5,724 bases of DNA, taken from IMG/VR virus record IMGVR_UViG_2563366838_000009. One strand, given 5' to 3'. The DNA is from a virus. Its lineage: Duplodnaviria > Heunggongvirae > Uroviricota > Caudoviricetes. This document shows, in pieces, positions 5,149 through 5,724 of the stretch (positions are counted from its first letter, which is position 1; each line of letters opens with the position of its first letter). The notes beneath the pieces are model-generated. The model did no database searches. It saw nothing but the letters and a program-made list of their open reading frames with translations, and was not told where the DNA came from. Position numbers and translations under genes: made by a program.

Positions 5149-5724
5149 TCACCCATCTTGCTGCGGTGCTACTATTGAAAAGTACTCACACCCTTTAGCC
5201 CAAATAGTTTTGATAGTTGTCCAACTGACTGGAACCTTGATTTCGATTCTTCCGCTGCCGTCACAAGTTTCGCAATCATCATCACCAAAGCATTCCGGGC
5301 AGCTTATAAACGTAGTTTCTGAAAATTCACCGGATAGCACACCCTTAGCGCCGTTCTCAGCGGTTAGTTTCTTCGGCACTATAACCCAACCATCCGGAGT
5401 TACCGGAGAATTGCCATTTATATCGAAGTTTGGCTCTGCGTCCTGAACCAGGAGGATGTAACCATTCTTGGCAGTATCAAGTTCTAACGCCTCGGTGACG
5501 GTACCGAAATAGCGATTACCTAAATCCGCATCACAAGTGCTTACATCAATGGAAACCTCCATGCCTTCGATTAATTCTGGCAAGTTGTAAGTTTGGCTTA
5601 CAGGTTCTGCTCCCAGTGATGCCAGTGCAATTCGTGCCAGTTCCATTTGTTCGCCACGAGTAAGCCCGTTTTCAAGCGGATTTTTAATGAACAATTCAAT
5701 ACGTTCTTTGGTAATAGTGGTCAT
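5149..5724 (-). CDS. Hypothetical prophage early-left protein, at least 191 aa, with a C-terminal CPECFGDDDCETCDGSG cysteine cluster (CxxC-x5-CxxCxGxG); 5' end may lie beyond the window
   Basis: Long minus-strand ORF ending at TGA 5149-5151. An ATG sits exactly at the window edge (5722-5724), so the true start cannot be confirmed. The second half-motif CETCDGSG matches the DnaJ-type CxxCxGxG zinc-finger signature. It occupies the position where lambda carries ea22, but length and frame do not match my recollection of lambda ea22. Confidence 0.65.
   Translation of the reverse strand: MTTITKERIELFIKNPLENGLTRGEQMELARIALASLGAEPVSQTYNLPELIEGMEVSIDVSTCDADLGNRYFGTVTEALELDTAKNGYILLVQDAEPNFDINGNSPVTPDGWVIVPKKLTAENGAKGVLSGEFSETTFISCPECFGDDDCETCDGSGRIEIKVPVSWTTIKTIWAKGCEYFSIVAPQQDG

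Larger units (their letters stand above)
2870..5724 (-). mobile_element. Left end of an integrated lambda-type (lambdoid) prophage, continuing beyond the window end
   Basis: attL core followed by int, xis, pI and leftward-transcribed early-left genes, all on the minus strand, which is the prophage orientation expected on the gal side of att-lambda. Confidence 0.85.

Noticed and set aside
5210-5446. Plus-strand ORF 5210..5446 (78 aa)
   Set aside because: Lies entirely antisense within the longer 191-aa minus-strand ORF; Ser/Pro-rich low-complexity translation.

Overview
This window is the left (gal-proximal) junction of a lambda-type prophage integrated at the E. coli att-lambda site, preceded by host DNA. 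Host side: the last 176 bp of an IS3-family insertion sequence (transposase C-terminus, frame 3, stop at 132-134) interrupt the aconitase-family gene ybhJ; the retained ybhJ 3' part (177-1306) carries a perfect 45-bp in-frame tandem duplication of the region encoding the CGPCFG Fe-S ligand motif. A REP/BIME repeat cluster (about 1320-1525) separates it from the convergent lipoprotein gene ybhC (1540-2823, minus). Junction: attL with 15-bp core GCTTTTTTATACTAA at 2870-2884, followed by the phage P' arm (IHF H' site, Int arm-type sites P'1-P'3). Prophage side, all on the minus strand: int (2958-4028), xis (4006-4228 region, overlapping int), the cII-dependent pI promoter motif TTGC-N6-TTGC, an intrinsic terminator, a 55-aa ORF, two tandem terminators, then cargo that appears to diverge from reference lambda: an ea8.5-position reading frame broken by an in-frame TGA, an 80-94 aa Cys/His protein, an AT-rich spacer, and a 191-aa (possibly 5'-incomplete) protein with a CxxC-x5-CxxCxGxG cysteine cluster. 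No tRNA, rRNA or CRISPR array was seen. All family assignments rest on reading the translations and on remembered sequences, not on database searches.
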